Positions 34,717 to 44,000 of a stretch of DNA of 64,000 bases are shown piece by piece. Both the position numbers and the translations under genes were made by a program. The stretch spans positions 8,819 to 72,818 of the forward strand of contig CAIMWV010000027.1 in assembly GCA_903845295.1 (NCBI GenBank), in the 5' to 3' direction. The notes under the pieces were generated by a model, which searched no databases, was not told the origin of the DNA, and worked only from the letters and a program-made list of their open reading frames with translations. Source of the stretch: Candidatus Staskawiczbacteria bacterium (GTDB lineage Bacteria; Patescibacteriota; Minisyncoccia; Minisyncoccales; Staskawiczbacteraceae). Numbering within the stretch: the stretch's first letter is position 1; every line of letters starts with the position of its first letter.

Positions 34717-35340
34717 ATGATTAAGGCAGTGATATTCGACTATGGAGGAGTTTTAAAAACTGCGCACCGTCTTTCAGACGACATACCTACAATTTTTAAT
34801 GTGTCCCAAGAAGAGGTCAAAAACCAGCAGGAGAATGCCGCACCACTATTCAGTCTTTTGCAGAGAAGCCTTATCGAAGAAGACGAATTTTGGAAAAGAT
34901 ATTCAGAATTAATCAAAAAATCCGTTCCTAAAAATTGTGGGGAATTAGCCAGAAAACTTTACGAGAAATCTTTAGTTTTTTACCCGGAAACAACAGGGTT
35001 TGTGAAAAAATTAAGAAAAGCTAAGATTAAAGCAGCTGTTTTATCCAACATTATTGAACTTCAGGCGGATATAATCAGAAAAAATAGCGGCTACGAAGGG
35101 TTTGACGTCGTAGTTCTGTCTTGCGAAGAAAAACTGGAAAAGCCAAAGCCGGAAATTTATCTTTTAGCCTCTAAACGATTAGGCGTAAAATCCGAAGAAT
35201 GTATTTTTATCGATGATAAGAAAGAAAATATATCAACAGCAGAAAGTTTGGGGATGCGGACCGTTGCAGCTGACAGTCCTGGCCAAGTAATAAAAGATGT
35301 TTCTAATATTATAAACTCAGAAAATGGAGAAACTATTTAA
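34717..35340 (+). CDS. HAD-family hydrolase
   Basis: AVIFDYGGVL (DxD-type motif I), LSNI, FIDDKKEN. Confidence 0.8.
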   Translation: MIKAVIFDYGGVLKTAHRLSDDIPTIFNVSQEEVKNQQENAAPLFSLLQRSLIEEDEFWKRYSELIKKSVPKNCGELARKLYEKSLVFYPETTGFVKKLRKAKIKAAVLSNIIELQADIIRKNSGYEGFDVVVLSCEEKLEKPKPEIYLLASKRLGVKSEECIFIDDKKENISTAESLGMRTVAADSPGQVIKDVSNIINSENGETI

Positions 35341-36700
35341 GGGCAAAAAGGTTACTGTAATGGGTTTAGGATTGAATAATGGGGGAGTGGGCGTGGCAAA
35401 ATATTTCGGCGAGAACGGCGCAGATGTTTTGGTTACGGATTTAAAAACCAAGAAAGAGCTGGCAAAGTCGCTTTTAAAGCTTAAAAAATACAAGATAAAA
35501 TATCGGCTGGGGGGACACATTGAAGAAGATTTCATTAAAACTGATTTGGTAATTAAAAACCCGGCCGTGCCATTGAGTTCTAAATTTTTGCAGATTGCCC
35601 GCGACAACAACGTGAAGGTTGATACCGATACCAACATTTTTTTTAATTTATGCCCGGCGAAGATAATTGGCGTTACCGGCACTAAAGGCAAATCAACTAC
35701 TGCCACCTTGATTTACGAATTAGTGAAGGTTCAAAACAAGAAAGCCTTTTTAGCTGGTAATATCGGCGTTTCGCCCTTAGAGATTTTAAATAAAATTACA
35801 CCGGATGCCATAGTGATTTTAGAGCTGTCTAATTTTGAATTGGAAGAACTGGAAAAAAGCCCGCATATTGCCGCAATAACCACGGTTTTACCAGATCATT
35901 TAAACCGCTATAAATCATACAACGATTACATCGCCACTAAGCGTCTGATATTCAAATACCAAAAACCGGATGACCACCTAGTTTTGAATTATGATAACGA
36001 AATTACCAGAAACTTTGCGAAACTGTCTCGCTCCAATGTTTATTTGTTTTCTGCCGACAAAAAAGCTAATGGGTGTTTTCTGAAAGGCGATGAAATATTT
36101 TTTAACCTGGAAAAAGATCCCATATTTGATATTAAGAATTTAAAAATTTTTGGCAGGCACAATGTTTCCAATATTTTATCGGCCGTCACGGTTGCCAAAA
36201 TAATGGATATCTCAAACGATAAGATACGGAATGTTTTGCAGAATTTTACCGGCGTTGCCAACAGGCAGGAGCTTATAGCTGAAAACAAAGGAGTGGAATA
36301 TATCAATGACACCACTGCCACCATGCCAGAGGCCGTGATTTTTGCTATTAGGGCGACTAAGCAGAGATTTCCCAAATCAGAGATAATTTTAATCTTAGGC
36401 GGGCAGGACAAAAATTTATATTTCAGAAATTTGGCGGCTGAAATCAATACGGAATTAAAAAAAATTGTTTTATTGCCTGGAACTGCTTCTGATATAATAA
36501 AAAATGAGCTATCGGCAATGGGTTCTAAAATAAAGATTATTCCCGCTCCGTCAATGCAGGAAGCTGTCAAAAAAGCTGAAGGAATATCTAAAAGAGGAGA
36601 TGTAGTCATACTTTCTCCGGGAGCGGCAAGCTTTAATTTATTTAAAAATGAATTCGACAGGGGTGAACAATTCGTCAAGGCAGTTAAAAGTCTAAGATGA
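35324..36700 (+). CDS. murD: UDP-N-acetylmuramoylalanine--D-glutamate ligase
   Basis: VMGLGLNNGGVGVAKY Rossmann block, GVTGTKGKSTTA P-loop. Confidence 0.9.
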   Translation: MEKLFKGKKVTVMGLGLNNGGVGVAKYFGENGADVLVTDLKTKKELAKSLLKLKKYKIKYRLGGHIEEDFIKTDLVIKNPAVPLSSKFLQIARDNNVKVDTDTNIFFNLCPAKIIGVTGTKGKSTTATLIYELVKVQNKKAFLAGNIGVSPLEILNKITPDAIVILELSNFELEELEKSPHIAAITTVLPDHLNRYKSYNDYIATKRLIFKYQKPDDHLVLNYDNEITRNFAKLSRSNVYLFSADKKANGCFLKGDEIFFNLEKDPIFDIKNLKIFGRHNVSNILSAVTVAKIMDISNDKIRNVLQNFTGVANRQELIAENKGVEYINDTTATMPEAVIFAIRATKQRFPKSEIILILGGQDKNLYFRNLAAEINTELKKIVLLPGTASDIIKNELSAMGSKIKIIPAPSMQEAVKKAEGISKRGDVVILSPGAASFNLFKNEFDRGEQFVKAVKSLR

Positions 36701-37824
36701 ACAAGCATTTTAATTATTTTTTATTTGTCCTGGTTGTTATTTTGGTAGGCTCCAGCTTTTTGTTTCTGGCATGCCTTTCAGCTCCGGCATCTTTGCAGAG
36801 ATTCGGGAACACTAATTATTATTTATTCCACCAGCTGCTTTTTGGACTTCTGCCAGGAATTGTTTTAGGGTTTGCTGCTTATAAAATTTCTTTGCAGTTT
36901 TTAAAAAAAATGGCGCCCTGGCTGGTGCTGGGAAACCTTATACTTTTGTTTCTGGTTTTTATACCAAAAATCGGATCCAGCGCCGGAGGCGCCAGCCGTT
37001 GGATTAATCTCGGCGTCGGCTCTATCCAGCCTTCAGAATTCTTAAAAATTACAGCTATTTTATATATATCGGCCTGGATTGCCTCTAAATTATCTGAAAC
37101 GCAGGTAAAAGACTGGAAATCCATTACAAAAAAAGGTTATCATAACATAATATATATATTTCTTCCTTTCGTAATTTTTTTAGGTTTGATTTCCGTTGCG
37201 CTGTACTTTCAGAAAGATGCCAGCACCTTGGGAATTATTGCTATCACATTGCTTGCCATGTATTTTTCAGCCAGAACTCCGCTTTGGCACACTTTATTGA
37301 TATTGATTTCCGGAGCCAGTATTTTATTGTTCCTGATAAAATTTGAGCCGTATCGTTTAGACCGCTGGTTAATTTTTTTACACCCGGACGTAGACCCATT
37401 GGGCAAGGGGTTCCAGCTTCGCCAGTCATTGATTTCTTTGGGTTCCGGCGGAGTTTTCGGAAAGGGTTTGGGAATGTCAACCCAAAAATTCGGATTTTTG
37501 CCGCAGGCAATGTCTGATTCGATTTTTGCCATATTTGGCGAAGAATCGGGAATAGCCGGATGCTGTGCACTGATAGTAATTTTCATTTTATTTTTTTGGC
37601 TGGGTATACAAATTTCCAAAAACTCAAATGACAGATTTTCAAAAATGACAGCTGTGGGTATTGTCGTCTGGATAACCTTTCAGGCATTTATAAATATGTC
37701 TTCAGTCGCAGGAATTTTTCCTTTAGCCGGGATCCCATTGCCATTTTTTTCATATGGCGGATCGCATCTGGTAGTTGAACTGATTGGCGTCGGACTTTTA
37801 TTAAATATTTCAAAAAACACATAA
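36697..37824 (+). CDS. ftsW: SEDS-family lipid II flippase/polymerase FtsW/RodA
   Basis: Polytopic; QLRQSLISLGSGGVFGKGLG..FLPQAMSDSIFAIFGEE. Confidence 0.9.
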   Translation: MNKHFNYFLFVLVVILVGSSFLFLACLSAPASLQRFGNTNYYLFHQLLFGLLPGIVLGFAAYKISLQFLKKMAPWLVLGNLILLFLVFIPKIGSSAGGASRWINLGVGSIQPSEFLKITAILYISAWIASKLSETQVKDWKSITKKGYHNIIYIFLPFVIFLGLISVALYFQKDASTLGIIAITLLAMYFSARTPLWHTLLILISGASILLFLIKFEPYRLDRWLIFLHPDVDPLGKGFQLRQSLISLGSGGVFGKGLGMSTQKFGFLPQAMSDSIFAIFGEESGIAGCCALIVIFILFFWLGIQISKNSNDRFSKMTAVGIVVWITFQAFINMSSVAGIFPLAGIPLPFFSYGGSHLVVELIGVGLLLNISKNT

Positions 37825-37830
37825 TTAAAT

Positions 37831-38250
37831 ATGATAGAAGATAATCGTCCATCAATAGGCGTTGCTGTAATAGTTGTAAAAGACCAAAAAATTCTTATTG
37901 GAGAAGATAGGCGAAAGGGGAAAAACATCTTTGGCGTTCCCGGCGGACATTGGGAAAATAAAGAAACCCTTAAAGAATGCTCGGTTAGAGAAGTCAAAGA
38001 GGAAAGCGGAATAGTTTGCCAAAATCCACAATTAGTTTCGGTTTATGATTTTTTTCGAGAAGATAAAAGCAAAAATTATGTAAGCATCGGGATGAAAACA
38101 GACTATGTTTCAGGCAAGCCAAAAAATCTTGTCGAAGAGGGAAGATTAAATTGGGAATGGTATACTATAGAAGATGCGCTAAAATTGAACTTGTTCCCAG
38201 CCGACAGAATTTTAATCCAGCGATATTTATCCGGCGTGATTTACGAATGA
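37831..38250 (+). CDS. NUDIX hydrolase
   Basis: Nudix box GGHWENKETLKECSVREVKEESG. Confidence 0.8.
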   Translation: MIEDNRPSIGVAVIVVKDQKILIGEDRRKGKNIFGVPGGHWENKETLKECSVREVKEESGIVCQNPQLVSVYDFFREDKSKNYVSIGMKTDYVSGKPKNLVEEGRLNWEWYTIEDALKLNLFPADRILIQRYLSGVIYE

Positions 38251-38269
38251 AAATTAAAAAACAATAATT

Positions 38270-39385
38270 ATGAAAATATTATTTACCGGGGGCGGCACCG
38301 GCGGGCACGTTTACCCGATAGTTGCCATTGTCAGAGAAATAAGGAGAATCTATCCTAAAAAGGATCTGGAATTTTATTATCTGGGGCCAAAAGATGATTT
38401 TGGCCTGATTTTGCTTTCACAGGAAGATTTCATCATAAAAACAATAGTTTCCGGGAAGATAAGGAGATATTTTTCTTTGCAAAATTTCGTTGACATCTTA
38501 TTTAAAATCCCATTCGGCACAATACAAAGTTTCTTTTTGCTTTTAGCCATAAAACCGGACTTAATCTTCAGCAAAGGCGGCTCAGGATCCATCGCCGTAA
38601 CTTATTCAGCCAGGCTTTTGAGAATTCCCGTGTTTTTGCACGAATCAGATGTTGTGCCGGGGCTATCCAATCAAACCACGGCAAAATGGGCGAAGAAAAT
38701 TTTTACTTCTTTCCCGAAGACAGAATATTTTGACCCGGAGAAGATAATAATAGTGGGAAACCCGATAAGAAAAGAGATTTTAGACGGTGATAAAGAAACT
38801 GCAGCCGAAATATTTAATTTAACCCTTTCAAAACCAATAATTCTAATAATAGGCGGCTCGCAGGGAGCCGAGGCAATCAATGATTTCATTCTGCTGATTT
38901 TGAATAATTTATTAAGAGACTATGAGCTAATCCATGTTACGGGCACAAAAAATCTGAAAGAGGAGGAAGCTGAGGCCCAGGTTGTAGAGGAAAAAGATGA
39001 AGACATTTATTACCATCCGGTCGGGTTTTTAGACGAGGGAAAAATAAAGCATGCGTACAAGGCAGCAGACCTGATAATTTCACGTTCCGGCTCCGGATCA
39101 ATTTTTGAAATTGCAGCAATCGGAAAGCCGAGCATTTTAATTCCTCTTCCGTCTGCAGCCGGCAACCACCAGTCAAAAAATGCCTATGCATATGCGGAGA
39201 CCGGAGCCTCTATGGTTATAGAACAAGAAAACCTGACCCCCAATTTCTTTATGGAAAATATCCAATTATTATTCTTGCATCCCGAAAAATTAGAACAAAT
39301 GAGAAATGCGGCTCTGGATTTTGCAAAACCTTTGGCAGCCCGCGCAATTGCCAGGGAAATCTTAGAATTTTTGATGCTCGACTAA
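38270..39385 (+). CDS. murG: UDP-GlcNAc:lipid I N-acetylglucosaminyltransferase
   Basis: ILFTGGGTGGHVYPIVA; GGSQGA; C-terminal GT28 pattern. Confidence 0.9.
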   Translation: MKILFTGGGTGGHVYPIVAIVREIRRIYPKKDLEFYYLGPKDDFGLILLSQEDFIIKTIVSGKIRRYFSLQNFVDILFKIPFGTIQSFFLLLAIKPDLIFSKGGSGSIAVTYSARLLRIPVFLHESDVVPGLSNQTTAKWAKKIFTSFPKTEYFDPEKIIIVGNPIRKEILDGDKETAAEIFNLTLSKPIILIIGGSQGAEAINDFILLILNNLLRDYELIHVTGTKNLKEEEAEAQVVEEKDEDIYYHPVGFLDEGKIKHAYKAADLIISRSGSGSIFEIAAIGKPSILIPLPSAAGNHQSKNAYAYAETGASMVIEQENLTPNFFMENIQLLFLHPEKLEQMRNAALDFAKPLAARAIAREILEFLMLD

Positions 39386-39389
39386 AATT

Positions 39390-40883
39390 ATGAAAAAGAA
39401 AGAAGAAATAAAAAAAATCCGCGTCAGATTCGCACCATCGCCGACAGGGCCATTGCATGTCGGAGGCAGCCGGACCGCTTTATTTAATTGTCTTTTTGCC
39501 AAAAAAAATAATGGCAAATTTGTGCTGCGCATTGAAGACACTGACGTCCAGAGATCTGAACAGAAATGGACTGATGAAATTATTGAAGAGCTTAAGTGGC
39601 TGGGGATCCAATGGGATGAAGGACCGGACATCGGCGGGGAATTCGGACCGTACAAACAATCTCAAAGACTGGATATTTATGAAAAATATTTGAAAAAACT
39701 TTTAGAAGAGGATAAAGCATATTATTGCTTTTGTACAGAAGAGGAGTTAGAAGCCAACCACCAGGAACAGATGAGCAGGGGAGTGGCTCCAAAATATGAC
39801 GGTAAGTGCGCCCATTTGCCGAAGGAAACAGTCCAGAAAAATTTGGCAGAAGGAAAATCATCTGTGATAAGGTTCAGGATCCAAAATAAAAAAATCAAAT
39901 TTAATGATTTAATCCGTGGAGAAGTGGAATTTGATGCAGGACTCCTTGGGGATGTGGTAATAGCAAAAAATCTGAACGCTCCTTTATATCACTTCGCAGT
40001 TGTAGTCGATGATTTTTTAATGCAGATAAGCCATGTGATACGGGGCGAAGAACATTTGTCAAACACTCCGCGCCAGATATTGCTGATTCAAGCCCTTGGT
40101 TTTGAACAGCCTGTATACGCCCACTTGCCGTTAATGCTGAATACCGACAGGTCTAAGCTTTCCAAGCGCCAAGGCGATGTGGCATTAGCCGATTACCATG
40201 AACAGGGATATTTGCCGGAAGCTTTGGTTAATTTTATGGTTTTGCTGGGCTGGAACCCGGGAACCGAAAAAGAAGTGTTCACGATGGCGCAGTTGGCAAG
40301 GGAATTTTCAATAGAAAAGGTGCAGAAAGCAGGAGCTGTATTCAATATCCAAAGATTGGATTTTTTGAACGGGCTTTATATCCGTGAAAAACCAATTGAA
40401 AAATTAACTGAACTTTGTGTACCTTATCTCAAAGAGGCCGGACTTTTAATTGCCGGACAAATATCTGAAGCTTCGTTGCAAAAAGTAATCGAAGTTTCAA
40501 GAACCAGAATGAAAAAATTATCGGAGATTTCCGGCTTGTCAGATTTCTTCTTCCAAAATAAACTGGGCTACGACAAAGACTTACTAAAATGGCAGAAGAT
40601 GTCAGATAGCGAAGTGAAGGATTCTTTATCATTTTCAAAAAAAATATTGTCTGACACTAAAAAATGGGATTTGAAGGATTTGGAAACAGAACTATTCGCT
40701 GCATCTGATAAATTCAATTCAGAAAAAGGTTATCCTGAAAAAAATAGAGGATACCTGCTTTGGCCATTGCGCGTGGCGTTGTCGGGCAAAGATTCCTCGC
40801 CAAGCCCATTTGAAATAGCTGATATTTTAGGCAGAGAAAAAACAATAAAACGCATCGACGAAGCTATAAAGATGCTTGCATAA
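39390..40883 (+). CDS. gltX: glutamate--tRNA ligase
   Basis: RFAPSPTGPLHVGG (HIGH), KLSKRQG (KMSKS). Confidence 0.9.
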   Translation: MKKKEEIKKIRVRFAPSPTGPLHVGGSRTALFNCLFAKKNNGKFVLRIEDTDVQRSEQKWTDEIIEELKWLGIQWDEGPDIGGEFGPYKQSQRLDIYEKYLKKLLEEDKAYYCFCTEEELEANHQEQMSRGVAPKYDGKCAHLPKETVQKNLAEGKSSVIRFRIQNKKIKFNDLIRGEVEFDAGLLGDVVIAKNLNAPLYHFAVVVDDFLMQISHVIRGEEHLSNTPRQILLIQALGFEQPVYAHLPLMLNTDRSKLSKRQGDVALADYHEQGYLPEALVNFMVLLGWNPGTEKEVFTMAQLAREFSIEKVQKAGAVFNIQRLDFLNGLYIREKPIEKLTELCVPYLKEAGLLIAGQISEASLQKVIEVSRTRMKKLSEISGLSDFFFQNKLGYDKDLLKWQKMSDSEVKDSLSFSKKILSDTKKWDLKDLETELFAASDKFNSEKGYPEKNRGYLLWPLRVALSGKDSSPSPFEIADILGREKTIKRIDEAIKMLA

Positions 40884-40885
40884 AT

Positions 40886-40900
40886 TTATTATGCGACAAA
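40886..40900 (+). repeat. module-boundary motif variant TTATTATGCGACAAA
   Basis: Starts 3 nt after the gltX stop; overlaps candidate GNAT start codons. Confidence 0.65.
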
Positions 40901-41445
40901 TGACAATAAAGAAGTTTGGAAACAAAAAAATTATAATAAGAAAACTCACAAGAGAAGATCTGAAGATTGCTGACAAATTCAGAGATTTTACAAATTCCCT
41001 GGTTGCAGAGAATGCCAAAATAGCCATGAACGAGAAAATAGACCTGAAAGGCGAGCATAAATTTTTATCGGACACTCTTAATAGTGTTAAAAATAAGAAA
41101 AGAGTTTACCTTATAGCAGAATGCGACGAAAAAATAATAGGCACTGCCAGCATAACTCAGTTATCATGGAGAAGCAACCATGTAGGGGAGCTTGGTGGGA
41201 TAGCCGTTAAAGACGGCTATAGGAGATTAGGGCTTGGTAAATACATGATGGCGCAGATTATAGAGCTGGCTAAAAAAGAACTTCATCCAAAGCCTAAAAT
41301 GATAAGATTATTCGTCTATATAAATAATAAGCCGGCCATAAGGCTTTATAGAAAATTAGGTTTTAAAAAAGTGGCAAAGCTTCCAAAACACATACAATAT
41401 AAAGGAAAGTTAATTGACGAGTTTGCAATGATTTTGGAATTATAG
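40891..41445 (+). CDS. GNAT-family N-acetyltransferase
   Basis: GGIAVKDGYRRLGLGKYMM acetyl-CoA motif A; start ambiguous (40876, 40891 or 40900). Confidence 0.75.
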   Translation: MRQMTIKKFGNKKIIIRKLTREDLKIADKFRDFTNSLVAENAKIAMNEKIDLKGEHKFLSDTLNSVKNKKRVYLIAECDEKIIGTASITQLSWRSNHVGELGGIAVKDGYRRLGLGKYMMAQIIELAKKELHPKPKMIRLFVYINNKPAIRLYRKLGFKKVAKLPKHIQYKGKLIDEFAMILEL

Positions 41446-41447
41446 CT

Positions 41448-41462
41448 TCATTGTGCGACAAA
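41448..41462 (+). repeat. module-boundary motif TCATTGTGCGACAAA
   Basis: Starts 3 nt after the GNAT stop. Confidence 0.8.
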
Positions 41463-41510
41463 ACAGTGTGAAATGCGATATTTTACGCTGTTTTTTCGTC
41501 GGTGTTACTA

Positions 41511-41539
41511 TTGACAAACCATATTAAATGTGGTATAGT
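41511..41539 (+). promoter_or_regulatory. near-consensus sigma70 promoter of GC-rich module
   Basis: TTGACA-17 nt-TATAGT with TGg extended -10. Confidence 0.6.
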
Positions 41540-41630
41540 ATAGCTAGATAGTCAGGCTACGGGAATGGTTCCCGCATGCCGGTTGACAATCAAGTCGGGA
41601 AGTCAAGGAAGATGAGAAAGGAGTTGTCAC

Positions 41631-42122
41631 ATGAAATACCTTTGTTGGGCGATTGCGATCTGGCTGGGCCTGCTAGGAATGGTGGGCCTGGTGTTCGCGG
41701 AGGAGAAGGGCCAGACGGCGATCTGTATCGCGCCACTTGACCAGTACCTCATGCGGGCCGAGGACACGGTTGGCGAAGGCAACAGGGTGTTCATCCGCAC
41801 CTACGAGGTAACGGAAGATGGCGGCAAATACGCCATCCAAGTTGCCACGAGGGAGGGTTCGGTAACATCCTACATCAAGGCAGAGGCCTTCTGCGGCAAC
41901 TTGCGGGTGCTGGAACTCCATCTTCGGAAGTCTCCGGATGCCTACCAAGAGTGCAAGAAGGTTGGGGAATTGCTGAAACTGGCAAAGGCCTCAAACCTCA
42001 AGAAGGTCGTGGTATACAAGCGCGACAACAAAGGCGCTTGGCTAACGAAGGAATTCGTGGAGGACCCGACTGCTCCCCTTGGTGGTGACATCGAGAGGGA
42101 GGCACAAAAAGCCCTGCGATAG
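41631..42122 (+). CDS. secreted hypothetical protein (GC-rich module)
   Basis: Signal peptide MKYLCWAIAIWLGLLGMVGLVFA; aaaggag SD. Confidence 0.55.
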   Translation: MKYLCWAIAIWLGLLGMVGLVFAEEKGQTAICIAPLDQYLMRAEDTVGEGNRVFIRTYEVTEDGGKYAIQVATREGSVTSYIKAEAFCGNLRVLELHLRKSPDAYQECKKVGELLKLAKASNLKKVVVYKRDNKGAWLTKEFVEDPTAPLGGDIEREAQKALR

Positions 42123-42144
42123 CGGGGCAGGGGCGAAAGCTCAG

Positions 42145-42180
42145 AGGGCCACTAGAGTATAACTCGACGTGGCCCTTTGA
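42145..42180 (+). terminator. hairpin terminator of module
   Basis: agggccac-N16-gtggccct then ttt. Confidence 0.5.
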
Positions 42181-42197
42181 AATGCAATTTTATACTC

Positions 42198-42212
42198 TTA
42201 TTGTGCGACAAA
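42198..42212 (+). repeat. module-boundary motif TTATTGTGCGACAAA
   Basis: Identical to 5427-5441; closes the module opened at 41448. Confidence 0.8.
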
Positions 42213-42307
42213 TAGTGCCGGGAGTGCAGGGTTTGATACTTTAATTAGAGCTCTTTTTTTACGGAAAAAGAAATGGTAAAATACGACAATATGCAAAAAA
42301 TTTATTT

Positions 42308-42358
42308 ATGAATAAAAAGCTTATATTTTATACAGCCTTTTATATATTTTATATATGA
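42308..42358 (+). pseudogene. ghost 5' end of membrane-protein gene (MNKKLIFYT...)
   Basis: Homologous to the real start at 42419 (MNKKIIFYI), then runs into the CAGCCTTTTAT element. Confidence 0.55.
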
Positions 42359-42369
42359 AGGGTGCAAGC
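42333..42369 (+). repeat. CAGCCTTTTAT..ATGAAGGGTGCAAGC element, copy 2
   Basis: Aligns with 11344-11380. Confidence 0.7.
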
Positions 42370-42418
42370 AGTCTTCGTTTATTTATTATGACAGGGCGCG
42401 GAGCAAAATAAAATATTT

Positions 42419-42772
42419 ATGAACAAAAAGATAATTTTTTATATAGTTTTGATAATTGTTATATTGATTTTCGTATTTTTGAGCCAGCAGGTATATTCAA
42501 GGTGGGTGGGAAAAACCCTTATTTCCGGCATAACAAGCCGGGCATCGGCATACCTGGCAAAAGGGGCTAATTGGGCTATGTCCGACATATACCCGAAAGT
42601 AAACAATCAATTGAAAAGTGGGGGAGAGACAATGCAAAATAAAGCCGAACAAACAAAACAAAATATTTTTTCTGACGCCGCAAAAAATATTGGAAATTAT
42701 TTTTCCGGAATTGCAAATAGTATTCTCCATCCGGGAACTGCGCAAAGCTCCCAAACTTCAACCGGCCGATAA
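42419..42772 (+). CDS. membrane-anchored hypothetical protein
   Basis: N-terminal TM IIFYIVLIIVILIFVFL. Confidence 0.5.
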   Translation: MNKKIIFYIVLIIVILIFVFLSQQVYSRWVGKTLISGITSRASAYLAKGANWAMSDIYPKVNNQLKSGGETMQNKAEQTKQNIFSDAAKNIGNYFSGIANSILHPGTAQSSQTSTGR

Positions 42773-42854
42773 AGTTGTACTTTAGGTCGTCTTTTTAGGC
42801 CGCCTGTGGATTTTATGGGGTTGACATGGGCTTAGGGGACGGTTATTATCAATA

Positions 42855-42896
42855 TATAGACTATGTCGCAAAATGTAGGTAAAGCGACGTTCTATA
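42855..42896. promoter_or_regulatory. imperfect palindrome with two inverted half motifs upstream of recombinase gene
   Basis: TATAGActaTGTCGC-N14-GCGACgtTCTATA, 19 nt before ATG 42915. Confidence 0.45.
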
Positions 42897-42914
42897 AGGG
42901 CCCACTTCTAAAAC

Positions 42915-43889
42915 ATGGAAAAATCATCAAAGCCAATAAAAGAACATCTGCAAGACTTTTTAGATTATTGTGAAGTTGAAAAAGGTTTGCGCGACAATAC
43001 TCAAGAGAATTATAAAAATTATCTGCAGAAATTTTTTAATTGGTTAGATCAGGCCAAATTAAGCTCTCTGCTCCCCCATCAATTGACCTCAGACCACATT
43101 TGGGCCTATAGATTATACCTTTCCAGGACCCCAAGCCCGGCTACTGGCAAATTGCTGTCAAAAGGCACCCAGAACTACTATTTAATCGCTTTAAGGGCCT
43201 TTTTAGGCTATTTTGTGGCTAAAGACGTACTTTCACTGCCTCCGGACAAAATATCGCTCTCAAAGCCAGATAGAGGCTCAAAAAGCATAAAATTCCTTAG
43301 TTTAGACCAGATTGGCAAGCTTTTAGCCTCTATTGAGCCAAAAGACGATATAAGCACCCGCGACAGGGCCATTTTGGAGGCTTTTTTCTCAACCGGCCTT
43401 AGAATTGCCGAACTTGTATCCTTAAATCTTGAACAGTTTAATAGCTTAAAAGATAAAAAAGATATGGAGCTGGGCGTTATCGGCAAGGGCGGCAAACCTC
43501 GCGTGGTTTATTTTTCAGAACGAGCTTTAAACTATATCAGAAAATATCTTGAAATACGAAACGATGTTAAGCATGCCAATCAAAAAGCCCTATTTATAAA
43601 CTTTAGGGATAAAAAAGATGATGCAGATGCCAGGCTCACACCAAGATCTATTGAAAGAATGGTCAAAAAATATGCCCTGCTTTCAGGCGTTCCGATTTTT
43701 ACTACCCCACATACCTTACGCCACTCATATGCAACAGATTTATTAAACCAAGGAGTTGACCTGCGCAGCATCCAAGAATTTCTGGGACACAGTAACATTG
43801 CCACAACGCAAATTTATACGCACGTAACCAACAAACGTTTAAGGGATATACATCATCAGTTTCATAGTGACCCTGATAAAAATAATTAA
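42915..43889 (+). CDS. tyrosine site-specific recombinase (XerC/D-like)
   Basis: N-terminal SAM-like core-binding domain; STGLRIAEL (Arg I), HTLRHSYAT (H-x-x-R), LGHSNIATTQIYTHV (catalytic Tyr). Confidence 0.85.
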   Translation: MEKSSKPIKEHLQDFLDYCEVEKGLRDNTQENYKNYLQKFFNWLDQAKLSSLLPHQLTSDHIWAYRLYLSRTPSPATGKLLSKGTQNYYLIALRAFLGYFVAKDVLSLPPDKISLSKPDRGSKSIKFLSLDQIGKLLASIEPKDDISTRDRAILEAFFSTGLRIAELVSLNLEQFNSLKDKKDMELGVIGKGGKPRVVYFSERALNYIRKYLEIRNDVKHANQKALFINFRDKKDDADARLTPRSIERMVKKYALLSGVPIFTTPHTLRHSYATDLLNQGVDLRSIQEFLGHSNIATTQIYTHVTNKRLRDIHHQFHSDPDKNN

Positions 43890-43923
43890 CAATCCACCAT
43901 CCTGCCTGCATTGAGCGAAGCCG

Positions 43924-43940
43924 AATTGTCGCACAATAAA
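43924..43940 (-). repeat. module-boundary motif (reverse orientation: AATTGTCGCACAATAAA)
   Basis: 35 nt after the recombinase stop, 60 nt beyond the DapA-like stop; 43925-43941 is 17/17 identical to 61516-61532. Confidence 0.8.
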
Positions 43941-43944
43941 ACAG

Positions 43945-43989
43945 CCCCGCAATCGCTTGGCTTATTTAGCTTTGCGATTACGGGGTTTT
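43945..43989. terminator. bidirectional terminator
   Basis: 12-bp stem ccccgcaatcgc/gcgattacgggg (1 mismatch), T-run after and A-run before. Confidence 0.6.
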
Positions 43990-44000
43990 AGGGCTGTAAA

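Noticed and set aside
42964-42996. Split motif-like sequence (ttattgtg...ttgcgcgacaat) inside the 5' end of the recombinase gene
   Set aside because: It requires an arbitrary 18-nt gap. The two halves are short enough to be chance or codon-driven matches.
43890-44000. Canonical 28-bp dif site between the recombinase and the DapA-like gene
   Set aside because: Only the 13-bp near-palindrome and a terminator hairpin are present. No 11-6-11 arrangement resembling known XerC/D, XerH or XerS sites could be identified by eye.
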